Sequence record: SRR31156797_2530
DNA length: 64,000 nucleotides
Strand: one strand, 5' to 3'
Shown: in pieces, positions 58,984 to 64,000 of the stretch
Layout of the letters: each line of letters starts with the position of its first letter
Position numbering within the stretch: the stretch's first letter is position 1
Notes under the pieces: model-generated
What the model saw: the letters and a program-made list of their open reading frames with translations, nothing else
What the model was told of the DNA's origin: nothing
Databases searched by the model: none
Program-made: the position numbers and the translations under genes

Positions 58984-60198
58984 TTAGAAATAATCACTGA
59001 AATAGGCTTCCATATCAGGGATGATCGATTCTAGTAATGCCAGTGTTTCTGAATCGGTATTTAGCCGTTCCACACGCTCTAAGTAAGCTGGACGGCGGTA
59101 ATTCATCAACAGACAAGACAATGTCTGAATATCCAGCTGGACAGCTTTTCCGATGGCTTCTCTTGAAACCACGATCTCCCCGTGATTGTATTGGACACCG
59201 AAGATTCCGTTGTTCCAATCGGCAACTGGGTCAGAAACAACAAAGTGAAAGGGTGTTTGAAAGGTTTCAAATGGGAAGTTTTTCAAAAACTGTTCAACGT
59301 CGACGATCCGCGCCATGTAATAAGGCTCAATGGTTTCTTTGATTTGGCTATCATCCAGGTAGAAGGACAGGGGTTCATTTGAATAAATGTCTCCTTTGAC
59401 CCAATAGACCATTGAGAAATGAGCAGAGATAAAATTCCAAAGACCATTGCGGGCTTCTTGATTTAAGTAGAACATTTCCTTTACATGGAAGACTTCTTCG
59501 GCTACCCAATAAAAAAGTACACCAGTCGGATGACCACTGGCATTGTAATAGACAGCCGCGGTGCGCTCTTCTTCATTTTCATAGCGCCAATACTCTTCCC
59601 AGTGAAAAGAGGTCCGCTGCAAGGCGCCATGGTTTTCCTGGGAGAATTGGTTATAGACAGTAAAGACATCAGGGTCATCTACTTCTTTGCGCTCTACGAT
59701 CCCAGGGACTTCTTTGGTTTTCGGAAGCTGGGTATCACGAATTTTGAAGGTCAGCTTGTCGGACATGATCTCCCAGCCTTTGCGACGATAGTAGGGCACA
59801 TTGTATGGATAAAGGTAGGAGATCCATTGCTGATCTTCCCGCATGGTTTCTAAGGCAAGCTTGATCAAGTCTTTCATCAGGCCATGTCCGGCATATTCAG
59901 GGTAGGTCCCAACACCGGTCACTCCGCCCATTTTGATCAATTTGCCGTGTATATTGACTTCACAAGGATAAACGGCGATTTGCGAGATCAACTTGTCTTC
60001 ATTGAACCAGCCAAAGACCTTGGAAAGCTCTAAGATCGGGCGCTTAGATTTAATCATTTCCCGTTTGCTCTCATAGCCACTTTCTTCAATATCCGATTCA
60101 GTGATCTGAAAAACGTAGCTTAACAGTTCATTGAACTGATCAACGTCTTTTTCATCCACCGCTCGAATATGTAGATTTTGATGAAAATTATTGTCCAT
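58984..60198 (-). CDS. Eis-like GNAT acetyltransferase with SCP2-like C-terminus
   Basis: GVGTYPEYAGHGLM, YLYP...YYRRKGW, MARIVDV, C-terminal SDYF. Confidence 0.88.
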   Translation of the reverse strand: MDNNFHQNLHIRAVDEKDVDQFNELLSYVFQITESDIEESGYESKREMIKSKRPILELSKVFGWFNEDKLISQIAVYPCEVNIHGKLIKMGGVTGVGTYPEYAGHGLMKDLIKLALETMREDQQWISYLYPYNVPYYRRKGWEIMSDKLTFKIRDTQLPKTKEVPGIVERKEVDDPDVFTVYNQFSQENHGALQRTSFHWEEYWRYENEEERTAAVYYNASGHPTGVLFYWVAEEVFHVKEMFYLNQEARNGLWNFISAHFSMVYWVKGDIYSNEPLSFYLDDSQIKETIEPYYMARIVDVEQFLKNFPFETFQTPFHFVVSDPVADWNNGIFGVQYNHGEIVVSREAIGKAVQLDIQTLSCLLMNYRRPAYLERVERLNTDSETLALLESIIPDMEAYFSDYF

Positions 60199-60343
60199 TC
60201 TTTCAACTCCAATTTATTTGCTAGCTCTAGTATAGCAAAACCTGAATGAATATGTCTAAATAACGGTTAAGAAAAATACTTTAACTATTGGCGTTTCGTT
60301 GGTATAATAGAAAAGCTGACTAAAAGAAATGAGGAACGTATCC

Positions 60344-62179
60344 ATGAACATAGAAGAAATGAAAAAACGACAGGAGAAGATTCGTAATTTCTCCATTATC
60401 GCCCATATCGACCATGGGAAATCAACACTGGCGGACCGTATTTTGGAACAAACCCATACGGTGACGTCTCGGGAAATGCAAAACCAATTATTAGACTCCA
60501 TGGATCTTGAACGTGAACGAGGAATCACGATCAAATTAAATGCTGTGGAACTTAACTATACCGCCAAAGATGGAGAAACCTACATCTTCCATTTGATCGA
60601 CACCCCAGGGCACGTCGATTTCACCTATGAAGTTTCCCGCAGTTTGGCCGCTTGTGAAGGCGCCGTACTCGTCGTTGATGCGGCTCAAGGGATCGAAGCA
60701 CAGACATTGGCAAACGTCTACTTGGCGTTAGACAATGATTTAGAGATCCTACCAGTCATTAATAAAATAGACTTGCCAGCTGCCGATCCTGAGCGGGTAC
60801 GAACAGAGATCGAAGATGTTATCGGAATCGATGCCAGTGAAGCTGTTTTAGCGAGTGCCAAAGCAGGTATTGGGATCGAAGACATTTTGGAACAAATCGT
60901 TGAGTATGTCCCAGCTCCAGCAGGTGATATTGAAGCACCGTTAAAAGCGTTGATCTTTGACTCCGTGTACGATTCCTATCGTGGGGTGGTCTTAAACGTC
61001 CGCATTATGGACGGGATGGTCAAACCTGGAGATAAAATCAAAATGATGAGCAATGGCAAGACCTTTGATGTCACGGAAGTCGGCGTCTTTTCACCCAAAG
61101 CCATTCAACGAGATGCGTTGATGGTGGGCGATGTTGGCTATATCACTGCTGCCATCAAGACTGTTAAAGATACGCAAGTCGGAGATACGGTGACTTTAGC
61201 CAACAATCCAGCAGCCGAAGCATTGGAAGGCTACCGCCAAATGAATCCGATGGTTTATTGCGGATTGTACCCAATCGATACCTCACGCTACAACGACCTT
61301 CGAGAAGCATTGGAAAAATTACAACTGAATGATGCAGCACTGCAATTTGAACCAGAAACCTCTCAAGCGTTAGGATTTGGGTTCCGCTGCGGCTTCTTAG
61401 GCCTATTACACATGGATGTCGTGCAAGAACGGCTAGAACGTGAATTTAACCTTGAGTTGATTACGACTGCACCATCCGTAATCTATCATGTCAACAAGAC
61501 AGATGGCTCAATGGTCGTCGTTGATAACCCAGCAGAATTTCCTGAACCAGTCACGATCGACAACGTACAAGAACCTTACGTCAAAGCACAAATCATGGTG
61601 CCTAATGATTACGTCGGTGCTGTAATGGAATTGTCCCAACGCAAACGGGGAGACTTTGTCACGATGGATTACTTGGATGATTATCGTGTAAACGTCGTTT
61701 ATGAGATCCCACTATCGGAAATCGTCTTTGATTTCTTTGATAAATTGAAATCCAGCACCAAAGGGTACGCATCACTGGATTATGAAATGTCTGGTTACCG
61801 AACTAGCAAGCTAGTGAAGATGGACATCTTGCTGAACACTGAAAAAGTCGATGCGTTGAGCTTTATCGTTCACCGTGACTTTGCTTATGAACGAGGCAAA
61901 GCCATCGTTGAAAAACTGAAAAAACTGATCCCACGACAACAATTTGAAGTACCGATCCAAGCAGCCATCGGACAAAAAATCGTTGCGCGTTCAGACATCA
62001 AAGCCTTGCGTAAAAACGTATTGGCGAAGTGTTACGGCGGTGACGTTTCTCGAAAACGCAAACTCCTAGAGAAACAAAAAGAAGGGAAGAAGCGGATGAA
62101 ACAAATCGGCTCTGTCGAAGTACCGCAAGAAGCCTTCATGGCAGTTCTTAAGATGGATGAGGATGAACCGAAGAAGTAA
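60344..62179 (+). CDS. lepA: Translation elongation factor 4
   Basis: [26 protein letters not shown]. Confidence 0.97.
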   Translation: MNIEEMKKRQEKIRNFSIIAHIDHGKSTLADRILEQTHTVTSREMQNQLLDSMDLERERGITIKLNAVELNYTAKDGETYIFHLIDTPGHVDFTYEVSRSLAACEGAVLVVDAAQGIEAQTLANVYLALDNDLEILPVINKIDLPAADPERVRTEIEDVIGIDASEAVLASAKAGIGIEDILEQIVEYVPAPAGDIEAPLKALIFDSVYDSYRGVVLNVRIMDGMVKPGDKIKMMSNGKTFDVTEVGVFSPKAIQRDALMVGDVGYITAAIKTVKDTQVGDTVTLANNPAAEALEGYRQMNPMVYCGLYPIDTSRYNDLREALEKLQLNDAALQFEPETSQALGFGFRCGFLGLLHMDVVQERLEREFNLELITTAPSVIYHVNKTDGSMVVVDNPAEFPEPVTIDNVQEPYVKAQIMVPNDYVGAVMELSQRKRGDFVTMDYLDDYRVNVVYEIPLSEIVFDFFDKLKSSTKGYASLDYEMSGYRTSKLVKMDILLNTEKVDALSFIVHRDFAYERGKAIVEKLKKLIPRQQFEVPIQAAIGQKIVARSDIKALRKNVLAKCYGGDVSRKRKLLEKQKEGKKRMKQIGSVEVPQEAFMAVLKMDEDEPKK

Positions 62180-62335
62180 CTCGTTTCAATTTGAAAAGTC
62201 TAATAAAGCAATCTTTTCTTGTGTTAGAAAAAAGTGATTTAACCGTTTATAAAATTTAAACAGTTATACGGATTGTCACTGTTGAATAAAAGGACAAGAA
62301 AAAAATCTCTTGCTTGAGAATTTTTAGTTGTCAGC

Positions 62336-62375
62336 GTATGAAAGAGCATCTCATAAGGAGGTGCTTTTTTCATAC
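62336..62375 (+). terminator. Strong hairpin downstream of lepA (probable terminator)
   Basis: GTATGAAAGAGCATCTC / GAGGTGCTTTTTTCATAC. Confidence 0.6.
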
Positions 62376-63026
62376 CATTACATAAAAATGAATGAATCCA
62401 TAGAGGAAAGCATTTAAAGAAAAGCAGATTATCCAATCGTTCAACTCTGGAATATTTAGCGATGAAGAAAATTCTTTTCAAGCTGCTATTGAAAAAAGAA
62501 AATGGGTTGAGTGACCTATCTTAGCAGTGTGATAAAGTTTTGAGTATGATACAAATGTATAAGAGAAGTAGCTCAAAAAAAAGTCTCGGCTATTAACAGA
62601 GATAAAGAAATAGCAGCGTATTAATTACTTCTCTCCTGAAACACTATCAAAAAACTAAATTGAGATGCCACTTTTAAATGATCATCAAGAAAGCACGCTA
62701 GAAAAAGAGAAGAAGCTTTATTTCTTGACGGCGATCACCAAACCGTTCTACTATCAAATTGATAGCCCTCCGTATGATTCGATAATTAAATGAAGGGTGA
62801 GCAATCGACGCCAGCTCACTCAAATATCGTCAATGGAAAATTCAGAGAGTAACTAAATTTTTGGATGCAAAATCCGTATTGAAATGACATCGATCATCAG
62901 AGGGAAACAAACATGTTTTACGGGTATTTGAACTTTAAGAATGAAATGTTTCTGTAGTTGATCTAAGTAGCAGGCCGATAGATCAAGCTGTTTTACATCC
63001 ACGAGTAAAAGAAAAGAGGAACGGAA

Positions 63027-63179
63027 ATGAAGTAGGCAGTTACTGGTGCCACAGTGAATTTAGGCAGTCGAGTAGTGAAAGAATTTAGTCGTTTGGTCGA
63101 TAAGAAAGAAATATTTGCTCTTGTGCATACACTGTCTCTATGAGCAATAGTCAGAGCTGCAGAAAAAGCAAGTGAATGA
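63027..63179 (+). pseudogene. Decayed NmrA/SDR NAD(P)H-binding oxidoreductase
   Basis: AGAGGA RBS, then MK*AVTGATVNLGSRVVKEFSRLVDKKEIFALVHTLSL*AIVRAAEKASE*; Rossmann start with in-frame stops. Confidence 0.75.
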
Positions 63180-63243
63180 CAACGCTATTTCTTATGAGTG
63201 GTGTCGAAAGATGTGAAGACGTAAATCAATTTCATTTGTAACG

Positions 63244-63283
63244 AAAAAGCCCACTGAGATGTCAGTATCTCAATGGGTTTTTT
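63244..63283. terminator. Bidirectional terminator between the pseudogene and Rrf2
   Basis: AAAAAGCCCA.TGAGAT / ATCTCA.TGGGTTTTT. Confidence 0.75.
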
Positions 63284-63287
63284 GGTT

Positions 63288-63755
63288 TTATAAAAATGGC
63301 TCAAGAAAAGATTTGTTTTCAGGTCGTTTGCTTTCCTCTAAACTTGCAATACTTGTTAATAGAGAGAACAGATTGATTTTCGCCATTTTTTCTTCGACAG
63401 TTACTTGCAATTCATTATACGCACCATCCAGTACTTCTTGTATATTTGCACCAACAATGCAGTCTGGATTCGTTTTAGGATCGACTTGAATGAGATTTGT
63501 GTTTCCATGAATACTTTTATATATATCAAGTAGACTAATATCTTTGGGGTCCTTTGCTAAATAGGGCTTTGGTTTCCCAGTAGTTGTTCGAATCAGTCCA
63601 GATTTTTTTAAGTTTGCCATTATTTTTCTGACATTTGCAGCATTAGTTTCTACACTTTGAGCAATCATCTCACTTGAGAGCATATTAGTATCTTTATAGA
63701 TGACGATATAACACATAATATGAATTGCATCACTGAGTTGAATAGAATATTTCAA
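63288..63755 (-). CDS. Rrf2-family regulator (YwnA/SifR-like)
   Basis: SDAIHI, SEMIAQSVETNAANVRKIM wHTH, ISLLDIY, NPDCIVGANI; TTG start with AAAAGGA. Confidence 0.9.
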   Translation of the reverse strand: MKYSIQLSDAIHIMCYIVIYKDTNMLSSEMIAQSVETNAANVRKIMANLKKSGLIRTTTGKPKPYLAKDPKDISLLDIYKSIHGNTNLIQVDPKTNPDCIVGANIQEVLDGAYNELQVTVEEKMAKINLFSLLTSIASLEESKRPENKSFLEPFL

Positions 63756-63784
63756 GTGAATTCAGTCCTTTTTAGATTTTCTTC

Positions 63785-63837
63785 TTGACTTATCTTAACA
63801 TACTATTTATTATATAGGTGTATCTTATAATTGTACA
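63785..63837 (+). promoter_or_regulatory. SDR gene promoter and putative Rrf2 operator
   Basis: TTGACT-17-TATTAT; TGTA-N11-TACA dyad at 63819-63837. Confidence 0.6.
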
Positions 63838-63870
63838 GCTGAATGTACGAACTAAAAAGGAGTGTTTTAT

Positions 63871-64000
63871 ATGACATATTTAGTAACAGGAGCTACTGGT
63901 GGTTTTGGAGGATATGCACTTGAATTCTTGAAAGATTTAGTTTCTAAAGATCAGATCTATGCTTTGGTACGATCTGAAGAAAAAGCAGCTACACTAAAAG
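63871..64000 (+). CDS. NmrA/SDR family NAD(P)H-binding oxidoreductase (5' part; runs off the window)
   Basis: AAAAGGAG RBS; MTYLVTGATGGFGGYALEFLKDLVSKDQIYALVRSEEKA. Confidence 0.88.
   Translation, partial: MTYLVTGATGGFGGYALEFLKDLVSKDQIYALVRSEEKAATLK

Noticed and set aside
62239-62481. 80-aa minus-strand ORF after lepA
   Set aside because: TTG start without RBS, runs through hairpins, no recognisable motif
62665-62957. Short ORFs MPLLNDHQ... (42 aa) and MFYGYLNFKNEMFL (14 aa)
   Set aside because: No family recognisable; indistinguishable from pseudogene debris without a homology search

Overview
Mostly core chromosome of a low-GC Firmicute. Gene content and protein sequences point to Enterococcus, plausibly the E. 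casseliflavus/gallinarum group (inference). In order: XRE-membrane regulator, fruRKA, cytoplasmic alpha-amylase, pcrA-ligA, gatCAB-dgkB, ylaN-ftsW-pyc-ylb cluster, rsmD-coaD-ylbL, tex-sprT, murC, polA-mutM-coaE, a three-gene insert carrying a FusB-type EF-G-binding gene, nrdR-dnaB-dnaI, trmK-nif3-pepT, a lipid-kinase/flippase-like cluster, an ABC-F gene, clpB, an Opu-type ABC transporter, signal peptidase, an Eis/NDT operon, lepA, and the start of an AT-rich Rrf2/SDR redox islet. I saw no rRNA, tRNA, CRISPR array, transposase, integrase or prophage gene, and no clearly new multi-gene system. The best leads are non-coding: (1) a uORF plus alternative-pairing leader ahead of the FusB-like gene; (2) a terminator-containing leader ahead of the ABC-F gene; (3) a thermometer-like stem burying the clpB start codon, on top of a CtsR box; (4) a phased PurBox-like array before ylaN-ftsW-pyc; (5) a hairpin-split Shine-Dalgarno; (6) an SDR pseudogene missing from the ORF track. 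A possible orphan immunity-like protein lies at 1493-2824. All folds were paired by eye and all family calls come from motif recognition, not database searches. Start codons were moved to RBS-supported positions where the ORF track over-extends.
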